Made by a program: the position numbers and the translations under genes. From a virus (lineage: Duplodnaviria; Heunggongvirae; Uroviricota; Caudoviricetes): a stretch of 10,603 bases of DNA. The notes beneath the pieces are model-generated. The model did not search any database. It saw only the letters and a list, made by a program, of their open reading frames with translations, and was not told the DNA's origin. The stretch lies in the IMG/VR virus record IMGVR_UViG_2571042056_000002. One strand, 5' to 3'. Numbering within the stretch: the stretch's first letter is position 1; every line of letters begins with the position of its first letter. Shown here in pieces: positions 1-7,270 of this stretch.

Positions 1-32
1 GATCTCGATGGAAGTTATTGAGTGATCTCCTT

Positions 33-830
33 TCATGAAAATACGCAAAAATTCGGGATCCAGAAAATCTCATCGACGTACAGGTCGCCGTTATGGCTCT
101 GTGCGGTGTTGGAGTTGGTGCCGAGAAAAATCAGTTTTGCACCGTTATTGCCCAGGACAATCGGGTCACCGGTCAGGTCAACGTCAACCAGCCGGGCAAA
201 GGCGATGATGTATTCGCGGAACACATACGCCTGCGTTTTACTGGCCGACAGAAAAATCTGGTTATGGCCGGTTTTCAGGGCGCGCAGCAGCGCCTCGCGG
301 GAAAAATAAAACGTCGCGCCAATCTGGCGGGATTTCAGGATATCGCGGATGCGGTGCTCAAGCCCGGCGCGATACCAGTGCAGCTGATATTCGAAAGACT
401 GCTCAAAGAAAATCTGCTCCAGCTTTTCGATGGCCTCGTCACTGAAAAAATTCTTTTTCGGTTTGCGCCGCCCGCCTTTGTTGCGGTTAGCGACGTTCGG
501 ATTAAGGTCTGCCTCGTTGCCGGTCTGACTGTAACGGTTTACCCGTGCCAGTCGTTCAATCTGGCGTCCCAGCAGGTCAATTTCCTTGAAGTCACCGCCG
601 GTTTTCTGCGGTTTGATGATGAGCTGGGTCAGCCGCGCTTCCAGACTCATTTCGACACGGCTGATGGGGGCAACGCTGTCCCAGCCGTCGCGCTGTTTCC
701 AGCTCTGCACCGTCGGGCGTTTCATCTGCAACATGGCGGCAATCTGCGGCACGGAAAACCCCTGCCAGTACAGCAGCGCCGCCTGACGACGCGGGTCGTG
801 TAAAAGAGTGGTGTCTGTGGTGATGGTCAT
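33..830 (-). CDS. P: Terminase ATPase (large) subunit GpP, N-terminal 265 codons only; reading frame closed by TGA at 33-35 (possible truncation or frameshift)
   Basis: Minus-strand ORF 33..860; likely start is the internal ATG at 828-830 (MTITTDTTLLHDPRRQAALLYWQGF...) preceded by GAGG. The N-terminus matches my recollection of P2 gpP. Position is divergent from O as in P2. Full-length P homologues are about 590 aa, so the gene should extend far beyond the left edge, but an in-frame TGA occurs at 33-35 and a second in-frame TAA at 15-17. Confidence 0.8.
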   Translation of the reverse strand: MTITTDTTLLHDPRRQAALLYWQGFSVPQIAAMLQMKRPTVQSWKQRDGWDSVAPISRVEMSLEARLTQLIIKPQKTGGDFKEIDLLGRQIERLARVNRYSQTGNEADLNPNVANRNKGGRRKPKKNFFSDEAIEKLEQIFFEQSFEYQLHWYRAGLEHRIRDILKSRQIGATFYFSREALLRALKTGHNQIFLSASKTQAYVFREYIIAFARLVDVDLTGDPIVLGNNGAKLIFLGTNSNTAQSHNGDLYVDEIFWIPNFCVFS

Positions 831-1003
831 GAATACCTCGCCGTGATGAATACACGGCAAGGCTACTGAGTCGCGCCCCGCGATTCGCTAAGGTGCTGTT
901 GTGTCAGTGATAAGCCATCCGGGACTGATGGCGGAGGATGCGCATCGTCGGGAAACTGATGCCGACATGTGACTCCTCTAATCACTATTCAGGACTCCTG
1001 ACA
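831..1003. promoter_or_regulatory. Divergent P/O intergenic region; expected site of late promoters for the leftward P(Q) and rightward O-operon transcripts
   Basis: 173-bp non-coding gap between divergently oriented P (start 830, minus) and O (start 1004, plus). In P2 this spacer holds activator (Ogr)-dependent late promoters. Only imperfect matches to the TGT-N12-ACA dyad are present: TGT-N12-CCA at 900-917 and TGT-N12-CAC at 968-985. Confidence 0.45.
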
Positions 1004-1858
1004 ATGGCAAAAAAAGTCTCAAAATTCTTTCGTATCGGCGTTGAGGGTGACACCTGTGACGGGCGTGTCATCAGTGCGCAGGATATTCAGGAAATGGCCG
1101 AAACCTTTGACCCGCGTGTCTATGGTTGCCGCATTAACCTGGAACATCTGCGCGGCATCCTGCCTGACGGTATTTTTAAGCGTTATGGCGATGTGGCCGA
1201 ACTGAAGGCCGAAAAGATTGACGATGATTCGGCGCTGAAAGGCAAATGGGCGCTGTTTGCGAAAATCACCCCGACCGATGACCTTATCGCGATGAACAAG
1301 GCCGCGCAGAAGGTCTACACCTCAATGGAAATTCAGCCGAACTTTGCCAACACCGGCAAATGTTATCTGGTGGGACTGGCCGTCACCGATGACCCGGCAA
1401 GCCTCGGTACGGAATACCTGGAATTCTGCCGCACTGCAAAACACAACCCCCTGAACCGCTTCAAATTAAGCCCTGAAAACCTGATTTCAGTGGCAACGCC
1501 CGTTGAGCTGGAATTTGAAGACCTGCCTGAAACCGTGTTCACCGCCCTGACCGAAAAGGTGAAGTCCATTTTTGGCCGCAAACAGGCCAGCGATGACGCC
1601 CGCCTGAATGACGTGCATGAAGCGGTGACCGCTGTTGCTGAACATGTGCAGGAAAAACTGAGCGCCACTGAGCAGCGCCTCGCTGAGATGGAAAACGCCT
1701 TTTCCGCACTTAAGCAGGAGGTGACTGACAGGGCGGATGAAACCAGCCAGGCATTCACCCGCCTGAAAAACAGTCTCGACAGCACCGAAAGTCTGACCCA
1801 GCAGCGCCGCAGCAAGGCCACCGGCGGTGGCGGTGACGCCCTGATGACGAACTGCTGA
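1004..1858 (+). CDS. O: Capsid scaffolding protein GpO
   Basis: ORF 938..1858; start chosen at ATG 1004 (MAKKVSKFFRIGVEGD...) with AGGA upstream, giving 284 aa, the P2 gpO length. Gly-rich C-terminus (ATGGGGDALMTNC). Position is immediately upstream of N. Confidence 0.88.
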   Translation: MAKKVSKFFRIGVEGDTCDGRVISAQDIQEMAETFDPRVYGCRINLEHLRGILPDGIFKRYGDVAELKAEKIDDDSALKGKWALFAKITPTDDLIAMNKAAQKVYTSMEIQPNFANTGKCYLVGLAVTDDPASLGTEYLEFCRTAKHNPLNRFKLSPENLISVATPVELEFEDLPETVFTALTEKVKSIFGRKQASDDARLNDVHEAVTAVAEHVQEKLSATEQRLAEMENAFSALKQEVTDRADETSQAFTRLKNSLDSTESLTQQRRSKATGGGGDALMTNC

Positions 1859-1916
1859 CCGGCGTCAGCCAGTCCGGGAAAACCTTCACGATTAACCCTT
1901 AATTTCAGGAAAAACT

Positions 1917-2990
1917 ATGCGCCAGGAAACCCGCTTTAAATTTAATGCCTACCTGTCCCGTGTTGCCGAACTGAACGGCATCGACGCCGGTGATGTGTCG
2001 AAAAAATTCACCGTTGAACCGTCGGTTACCCAGACCCTGATGAACACCATGCAGGAGTCCTCTGATTTTCTGACCCGCATCAACATTGTGCCGGTCAGCG
2101 AAATGAAAGGGGAAAAAATTGGTATCGGTGTCACCGGCTCCATCGCCAGCACCACCGACACCGCCGGTGGCACCGAGCGTCAGCCGAAGGACTTCTCGAA
2201 GCTGGCGTCTAACAAGTACGAATGCGACCAGATTAACTTCGATTTTTATATCCGCTACAAAACGCTTGACCTGTGGGCGCGTTATCAGGATTTCCAGCTC
2301 CGTATCCGTAACGCCATTATCAAACGCCAGTCCCTTGATTTCATCATGGCCGGTTTTAACGGCGTGAAGCGTGCCGAAACCTCTGACCGCAGCAGCAATC
2401 CGATGTTGCAGGATGTGGCGGTTGGCTGGCTGCAGAAATACCGCAATGAAGCCCCGACGCGCGTGATGAGCAAGGTCACTGACGAGGAAGGTCACACGAC
2501 CTCTGAGGTCATCCGCGTGGGTAAGGGTGGTGATTATGCCAGCCTTGATGCACTGGTGATGGATGCGACCAACAACCTGATTGAACCGTGGTATCAGGAA
2601 GACCCTGACCTTGTGGTGATTGTGGGTCGTCAGCTACTGGCGGACAAGTATTTCCCCATCGTTAACAAGGAGCAGGACAACAGCGAAATGCTGGCCGCTG
2701 ACGTCATCATCAGCCAGAAACGCATCGGTAACCTGCCGGCGGTACGCGTCCCGTACTTCCCGGCGGATGCGATGCTCATCACGAAGCTGGAAAACCTGTC
2801 CATCTACTACATGGATGACAGCCATCGCCGCGTGATTGTGGAAAACCCGAAACTCGACCGCGTGGAGAACTACGAGTCAATGAACATTGATTACGTGGTG
2901 GAAGACTACGCCGCCGGTTGTCTGGTGGAAAAAATCAAGGTTGGTGATTTCTCCACACCGGCTAAGGCGACCGCAGAGCCGGGAGCGTAA
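1917..2990 (+). CDS. N: Major capsid protein GpN
   Basis: 357-aa ORF, the same length as P2 gpN, and the sequence matches my recollection of it (MRQETRFKFNAYLSRVAELNGIDAGD...). AGGAAAAACT precedes the ATG. Canonical position between O and M. Confidence 0.9.
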   Translation: MRQETRFKFNAYLSRVAELNGIDAGDVSKKFTVEPSVTQTLMNTMQESSDFLTRINIVPVSEMKGEKIGIGVTGSIASTTDTAGGTERQPKDFSKLASNKYECDQINFDFYIRYKTLDLWARYQDFQLRIRNAIIKRQSLDFIMAGFNGVKRAETSDRSSNPMLQDVAVGWLQKYRNEAPTRVMSKVTDEEGHTTSEVIRVGKGGDYASLDALVMDATNNLIEPWYQEDPDLVVIVGRQLLADKYFPIVNKEQDNSEMLAADVIISQKRIGNLPAVRVPYFPADAMLITKLENLSIYYMDDSHRRVIVENPKLDRVENYESMNIDYVVEDYAAGCLVEKIKVGDFSTPAKATAEPGA

Positions 2991-2993
2991 CCG

Positions 2994-3737
2994 ATGACGA
3001 GTCCCGCACAGCGCCACATGATGCGGGTCTCGGCAGCGATGACCGCGCAGCGGGAAGCCGCCCCGCTGCGACATGCAACTGTCTATGAGCAGATGCTGGT
3101 TAAGCTCGCCGCAGACCAGCGCACACTGAAAGCGATTTATTCAAAAGAGCTGAAGGCCGCGAAAAAACGCGAACTGCTGCCGTTCTGGTTGCCGTGGGTG
3201 AACGGCGTGCTGGAGCAGGGCAAAGGTGCACAGGATGACATTCTGATGACGGTCATGCTGTGGCGTCTGGATACCGGCGATATTGCCGGTGCGCTGGAGA
3301 TTGCCCGTTATGCCCTGAAGTACGGTCTGACCATGCCGGGTAAACACCGCCGTACCCCGCCGTACATGTTCACCGAGGAGGTAGCGCTTGCGGCCATGCG
3401 CGCTCACGCTGCCGGTGAGTCTGTGGATACCCGCCTGCTGACGGAGACCCTTGAACTGACCGCCACGGCTGACATGCCTGATGAAGTGCGCGCAAAGCTG
3501 CACAAAATTACCGGTCTGTTTCTGCGTGACGGTGGTGATGCCGCCGGTGCGCTGGCTCACCTGCAACGTGCGACACAGCTCGACTGTCAGGCAGGCGTCA
3601 AAAAAGAGATTGAACGACTGGAGCGGGAGCTGAAACCGAAGCCGGAGCCGCAGCCCAAAGCGGCCACCCGAGCCCCGCGTAAGACCCGGAGCGTGACACC
3701 GGCAAAACGTGGACGCCCGAAAAAGAAAGCCAGTTAA
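2994..3737 (+). CDS. M: Terminase endonuclease (small) subunit GpM
   Basis: 247-aa ORF, the P2 gpM length, starting 4 nt after the N stop. Basic Lys/Arg/Pro-rich C-terminus (PKAATRAPRKTRSVTPAKRGRPKKKAS) is typical of a DNA-binding terminase subunit. Confidence 0.85.
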   Translation: MTSPAQRHMMRVSAAMTAQREAAPLRHATVYEQMLVKLAADQRTLKAIYSKELKAAKKRELLPFWLPWVNGVLEQGKGAQDDILMTVMLWRLDTGDIAGALEIARYALKYGLTMPGKHRRTPPYMFTEEVALAAMRAHAAGESVDTRLLTETLELTATADMPDEVRAKLHKITGLFLRDGGDAAGALAHLQRATQLDCQAGVKKEIERLERELKPKPEPQPKAATRAPRKTRSVTPAKRGRPKKKAS

Positions 3738-3836
3738 CAACCGAATGCGCCCCGCGCCAGGGCGGCACGCCGGTCAGTGAGGGTGAATCACCTGACACTG
3801 CACCGGCGTCCACCGCCCGACTTTTCAGAGGTAGTC

Positions 3837-4346
3837 ATGATGACGCTGATTATTCCGCGAAAGGAGGCTCCCGTGTCCGGTGAGGGTACGGTGGTCATCC
3901 CGCAACCGGCAGGCGACGAGCCGGTGATTAAAAACACGTTCTTTTTTCCCGATATCGACCCGAAGCGCGTCCGGGAACGTATGCGCCTTGAGCAGACCGT
4001 CGCCCCCGCCCGTCTGCGTGAGGCCATCAAGTCAGGCATGGCGGAGACGAATGCGGAGCTGTACGAGTACCGCGAACAGAAAATTGCCGCCGGTTTTACG
4101 CGTCTGGCGGACGTCCCGGCGGACGACATCGACGGTGAAAGCATCAAAGTTTTTTACTACGAGCGCGCCGTGTGTGCGATGGCGACCGCGTCGCTTTATG
4201 AACGTTATCGCGGCGTGGATGCCAGTGCCAAAGGCGACAAGAAGGCCGACAGCATTGACAGCACCATTGATGAGCTGTGGCGGGATATGCGCTGGGCAGT
4301 GGCGCGCATCCAGGACAAGCCGCGCTGCATCGTGAGTCAAATCTGA
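3837..4346 (+). CDS. L: Head completion/stabilisation protein GpL
   Basis: ORF 3777..4346; start chosen at ATGATG 3837 (MMTLIIPRKEAPVSGEG...) with GAGG upstream, giving 169 aa, the P2 gpL length. Its TGA stop overlaps the X start (ATGA). Confidence 0.85.
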   Translation: MMTLIIPRKEAPVSGEGTVVIPQPAGDEPVIKNTFFFPDIDPKRVRERMRLEQTVAPARLREAIKSGMAETNAELYEYREQKIAAGFTRLADVPADDIDGESIKVFYYERAVCAMATASLYERYRGVDASAKGDKKADSIDSTIDELWRDMRWAVARIQDKPRCIVSQI

Positions 4347-4549
4347 TGAAGACCTTTGCGCTACAGGGCGACACGCTCGACGCCATTTGTGTCCGGTATT
4401 ACGGGCGCACTGAGGGCGTGGTTGAGACCGTGCTCGCCGCAAATCCGGGACTGGCTGAACTGGGTGCGGTGCTGCCACACGGCACCGCTGTCGAACTGCC
4501 CGACGTTCAGACCGCGCCCGTGGCTGAAACTGTCAATCTGTGGGAGTAA
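4346..4549 (+). CDS. X: Tail protein GpX (LysM-like domain)
   Basis: ORF 4277..4549; start at ATG 4346 gives 67 aa (MKTFALQGDTLDAICVRYYGRTEGVVETVLAANPGL...), the P2 gpX length. Sequence pattern is LysM-like. Start overlaps the L stop. Confidence 0.85.
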   Translation: MKTFALQGDTLDAICVRYYGRTEGVVETVLAANPGLAELGAVLPHGTAVELPDVQTAPVAETVNLWE

Positions 4550-4552
4550 CGC

Positions 4553-4834
4553 ATGACAGCAGAAGAAAAAAGCGTCCTGTCGCTTTTCATGATTGGGGTG
4601 CTGATTGTTGTCGGCAAGGTGCTTGCCGGTGGTGAACCCATCACCCCGCGTCTGTTTATCGGGCGCATGTTGCTCGGTGGTTTTGTCTCGATGGTTGCCG
4701 GTGTTGTTCTGGTGCAGTTTCCTGACCTGTCACTGCCTGCGGTGTGCGGTATCGGCTCCATGCTGGGTATCGCCGGTTATCAGGTGATTGAGATTGCCAT
4801 TCAGCGCCGCTTTAAGGGCAGGGGGAAACAGTAA
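4553..4834 (+). CDS. Y: Holin GpY
   Basis: 93-aa ORF with about three hydrophobic transmembrane segments and a charged C-terminus (QRRFKGRGKQ). First gene of the lysis cassette; its stop overlaps the K start (TAATG). Confidence 0.88.
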   Translation: MTAEEKSVLSLFMIGVLIVVGKVLAGGEPITPRLFIGRMLLGGFVSMVAGVVLVQFPDLSLPAVCGIGSMLGIAGYQVIEIAIQRRFKGRGKQ

Positions 4835-5331
4835 TGCCGGTTATTAACACGCATCAGAATATCGCCGCCTTTCTCGACATGCTGGCCGTGTCCGAAGGGA
4901 CGGCAAACCATCCGCTGACGAAAAACCGGGGCTATGACGTGATAGTCACCGGACTGGACGGGAAGCCGGAAATTTTCACCGATTACAGTGACCACCCGTT
5001 CGCACATGGCCGACCGGCGAAGGTGTTTAACCGTCGCGGTGAAAAATCCACGGCCTCCGGTCGCTATCAGCAGCTTTACCTGTTCTGGCCGCATTACCGC
5101 AAACAGCTTGCCCTGCCGGATTTCAGTCCGTTGTCACAGGACAGACTTGCCATTCAGTTGATCCGCGAACGCGGTGCACTGGATGACATCCGGGCGGGAC
5201 GCATTGAGCGAGCCATTTCACGCTGTCGCAATATCTGGGCGTCCCTGCCGGGTGCCGGTTACGGTCAGCGTGAGCATTCACTGGAAAAACTGGTCACCGT
5301 CTGGCGTACCGCTGGCGGCGTACCGGCTTAA
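4834..5331 (+). CDS. K: Endolysin GpK (lambda R-like lytic transglycosylase / phage lysozyme family)
   Basis: 165-aa ORF. Motifs AFLDMLAVSEGT, YDVIV, FTDYSDHP, SGRYQ and IWASLPGAGYGQREH match what I recall of lambda R endolysin and P2 gpK. Confidence 0.9.
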   Translation: MPVINTHQNIAAFLDMLAVSEGTANHPLTKNRGYDVIVTGLDGKPEIFTDYSDHPFAHGRPAKVFNRRGEKSTASGRYQQLYLFWPHYRKQLALPDFSPLSQDRLAIQLIRERGALDDIRAGRIERAISRCRNIWASLPGAGYGQREHSLEKLVTVWRTAGGVPA

Positions 5332-5345
5332 ACGGAGTAAGCACC

Positions 5346-5771
5346 ATGAAGAAATTATCCCTTTCACTGATGCTGAACGTGTCGCTGGCGCTGATGCTGG
5401 CACTGTCCCTGATTTACCCGCATAGCGTGGCCGTCAATTTTGTCGCCGCCTGGGCGATTCTGGCGACGGTTATCTGTGTGGTTGCCGGTGGTGTCGGCGT
5501 GTATGCCACTGAGTATGTGCTGGAACGCTACGGGCGGGAGCTGCCGCCGGAATCGCTGGCCGTGAAGATTGTCGCGTCGCTGTTTTTGCAGCCGGTGCCG
5601 TGGCGCAGACGGGCGGCGGCTCTGGTGGTGATGGTGGCGGCGTTTATCTCGCTGGTCGCTGCCGGGTGGATTTTTACCGCGCTGATTTACCTCGTGGCGT
5701 CGGTGTTCTTCCGGTTGATACGCACGGCCTGTCGTCAGCGTTTTGAGGGGCGGGAACCATGTCAAAGCTGA
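5346..5771 (+). CDS. lysA: Lysis-timing membrane protein LysA (putative antiholin)
   Basis: 141-aa ORF with about four hydrophobic helices, GGAG upstream of the ATG, same length and position as P2 lysA. Its 3' end overlaps the lysB start by 13 nt. Confidence 0.8.
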   Translation: MKKLSLSLMLNVSLALMLALSLIYPHSVAVNFVAAWAILATVICVVAGGVGVYATEYVLERYGRELPPESLAVKIVASLFLQPVPWRRRAAALVVMVAAFISLVAAGWIFTALIYLVASVFFRLIRTACRQRFEGREPCQS

Positions 5772-6184
5772 TGATTGTGCTGGTTGTGTTGTTATCACTG
5801 GCGGTGGCCGGTCTGTTTCTGGCGAAGCATGAAAACGCCAGCCTGCGCACCTCGCTGGACAGGGCGAACAACGTCGCCAACGGGCAGCAGACGACCATCA
5901 CCATGCTGAAAAATCAGCTTCATGTTGCCCTCACCAGAGCAGACAAAAACGAGCTGGCGCAGGTGGCACTGCGTCAGGAACTGGAGAACGCGGCGAAGCG
6001 TGAAGCACAGCGCGAGAAAACCATCACGAGGTTACTGAATGAAAACGAAGATTTTCGCCGCTGGTACGGCGCTGGCCTGCCTGATGCTGTGCGCCGGTTG
6101 CACCAGCGCCCGGCCTGCACCGACGCCAGTGATTGTCGCCAGCGCCTGCCCGAAAGTGAGCCTTTGCCCGATGCCGGGCAGTGA
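5759..6184 (+). CDS. lysB: Inner-membrane spanin component LysB (Rz-like)
   Basis: 141-aa ORF with an N-terminal transmembrane helix (LMIVLVVLLSLAVAGLFLA) followed by a charged, likely coiled-coil region. Canonical P2 position. Confidence 0.85.
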   Translation: MSKLMIVLVVLLSLAVAGLFLAKHENASLRTSLDRANNVANGQQTTITMLKNQLHVALTRADKNELAQVALRQELENAAKREAQREKTITRLLNENEDFRRWYGAGLPDAVRRLHQRPACTDASDCRQRLPESEPLPDAGQ

Positions 6185-6329
6185 CCCGGAGACGAACGGC
6201 GATTTAAGTGCCGATATCCGACAGCTTGAGAACGCGCTGGCACGCTGTGCCAGCCAGGTAAAAATGATTAAACACTGTCAGGACGAAAACGATGCTCAAA
6301 CCCGACAGCCTGCGCAGGGCGCTGACTGA
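6039..6329 (+). CDS. lysC: Outer-membrane lipoprotein spanin component LysC (Rz1-like), in an alternative frame overlapping lysB and R
   Basis: 96-aa ORF in a different frame from lysB with GAGG upstream of the ATG. Signal peptide and lipobox-like LMLCAGC, then a Pro-rich mature region. Starts inside lysB and ends inside R, as in P2. Confidence 0.8.
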   Translation: MKTKIFAAGTALACLMLCAGCTSARPAPTPVIVASACPKVSLCPMPGSDPETNGDLSADIRQLENALARCASQVKMIKHCQDENDAQTRQPAQGAD

Positions 6330-6759
6330 TGCCGTCACGGTGCTGAAAACCAGTCCCGAGATGCTGCGGATATTCGTTGATAACGGGAGTATTGCCTCCA
6401 CGCTGGCGACGTCGTTGTCATTCGAAAAGCGTTACACGCTCAATGTGATTGTGACCGACTTTACCGGTGATTTTGACCTGCTCATCGTGCCGGTGCTGGC
6501 GTGGCTGCGGGAAAATCAGCCCGACATCATGACCACCGACGCAGGCCAGAAAAAGGGCTTCACGTTTTATGCAGACATCAACAATGACAGCAGCTTTGAT
6601 ATCAGCATCAGCCTGATGCTGACCGAGCGCACGCTGGTCAGTGAGGTGGACGGCGCACTGCATGTTAAGAATATCCCGGAACCCACGCCGCCGGAGCCGG
6701 TCACCCGCCCGATGGAGCTTTATATCAATGGCGAACTGGTGAGCAAGTGGGATGAATGA
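6292..6759 (+). CDS. R: Tail completion protein GpR
   Basis: 155-aa ORF, the P2 gpR length, in canonical position. Overlaps the S start by 8 nt. Confidence 0.85.
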   Translation: MLKPDSLRRALTDAVTVLKTSPEMLRIFVDNGSIASTLATSLSFEKRYTLNVIVTDFTGDFDLLIVPVLAWLRENQPDIMTTDAGQKKGFTFYADINNDSSFDISISLMLTERTLVSEVDGALHVKNIPEPTPPEPVTRPMELYINGELVSKWDE

Positions 6760-7204
6760 GTTTAAGCGTTTTGAAGACCGGCTGACCGGACTGATTGAAT
6801 CGCTGTCACCGTCAGGGCGTCGGCGACTGAGCGCCGAACTGGCGAAACGTCTGCGGCAGAGTCAGCAGCGTCGGGTGATGGCTCAGAAAGCCCCGGACGG
6901 CACACCCTACGCGCCACGCCAGCAGCAGAGCGCCAGAAAAAAGACTGGTCGTGTTAAGCGAAAAATGTTTGCGAAACTTATCACCAGTCGTTTTTTGCAT
7001 ATCCGCGCCAGCCCGGAACAGGCATCAATGGAATTTTACGGCGGGAAGTCACCGAAAATCGCCAGCGTGCATCAGTTCGGTCTGTCGGAAGAAAACCGGA
7101 AAGACGGTAAGAAAATTGATTATCCGGCGCGTCCTCTGCTCGGTTTTACCGGTGAGGATGTGCAGATGATTGAAGAGATTATTCTGGCTCACCTCGACCG
7201 TTAG
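6752..7204 (+). CDS. S: Tail completion protein GpS
   Basis: 150-aa ORF, the P2 gpS length; last gene before the S-V spacer. Confidence 0.85.
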   Translation: MNEFKRFEDRLTGLIESLSPSGRRRLSAELAKRLRQSQQRRVMAQKAPDGTPYAPRQQQSARKKTGRVKRKMFAKLITSRFLHIRASPEQASMEFYGGKSPKIASVHQFGLSEENRKDGKKIDYPARPLLGFTGEDVQMIEEIILAHLDR

Positions 7205-7270
7205 TTGTGCCATTCCCGACACCTCATCGTCACATTGCCGCCGGTATGACCCGGCGGCATCCTTCCCGTT
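7205..7270 (+). promoter_or_regulatory. S-V intergenic spacer; candidate late promoter (PV) region and/or weak terminator
   Basis: 66-bp gap between operons. It contains the near-dyad TGTGCCATTCCCGACACC (TGT-N10-ACA, also readable as TGT-N12-ACC) at 7206-7223 and a GC-rich hairpin at 7236-7259. P2 has a late promoter in front of V. Confidence 0.4.
7236..7259 (+). other. Perfect 9-bp GC-rich stem-loop (TGCCGCCGG - TATGAC - CCGGCGGCA), 12 nt upstream of the V start codon
   Basis: Read directly from the sequence: arms 7236-7244 and 7251-7259 are exact reverse complements with a 6-nt loop. The downstream tract TCCTTCCCGTT is only moderately T-rich, so assignment as an intrinsic terminator is uncertain. 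Confidence 0.35.

Noticed and set aside
31-40. Perfect 10-bp palindrome TTTCATGAAA spanning the premature stop of P
   Set aside because: Palindromes of this length are expected several times by chance in 10 kb. I cannot tie it to a known recognition site, so it is noted only as context for the P truncation.
938-1003. N-terminal extensions of the O, L and X ORFs in the six-frame track (starts at 938, 3777 and 4277)
   Set aside because: Internal ATGs at 1004, 3837 and 4346 have Shine-Dalgarno-like sequences or stop/start coupling and give exactly the P2 protein lengths (284, 169 and 67 aa). The upstream extensions would run through intergenic sequence or the preceding gene.
1905-2495. Long antisense ORFs inside well-supported genes (1905-2495 minus, 3141-3740 minus, 5364-5798 minus, 7049-7573 minus, 8774-9385 minus, 93-803 plus)
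   Set aside because: Each lies opposite or out of frame to a gene with a confident P2-homologue call. Their products are low-complexity and Arg/Pro/Gly-rich, as expected for spurious frames in GC-rich DNA, and none has a start context or recognisable domain.
3782-3792. Inverted repeat GGTGA-A-TCACC in the M-L spacer, and weak stem/T-tract around 3804-3825
   Set aside because: Short 5-bp arms are within chance expectation. There is no convincing stem plus U-run, and M and L are expected to be co-transcribed.
3988-4478. Alternative-frame ORFs overlapping L and X (3988-4335 plus, 4032-4478 minus, 4144-4386 minus)
   Set aside because: They overlap confidently assigned L and X, and have Arg/Cys/Trp-rich compositions typical of off-frame translation.
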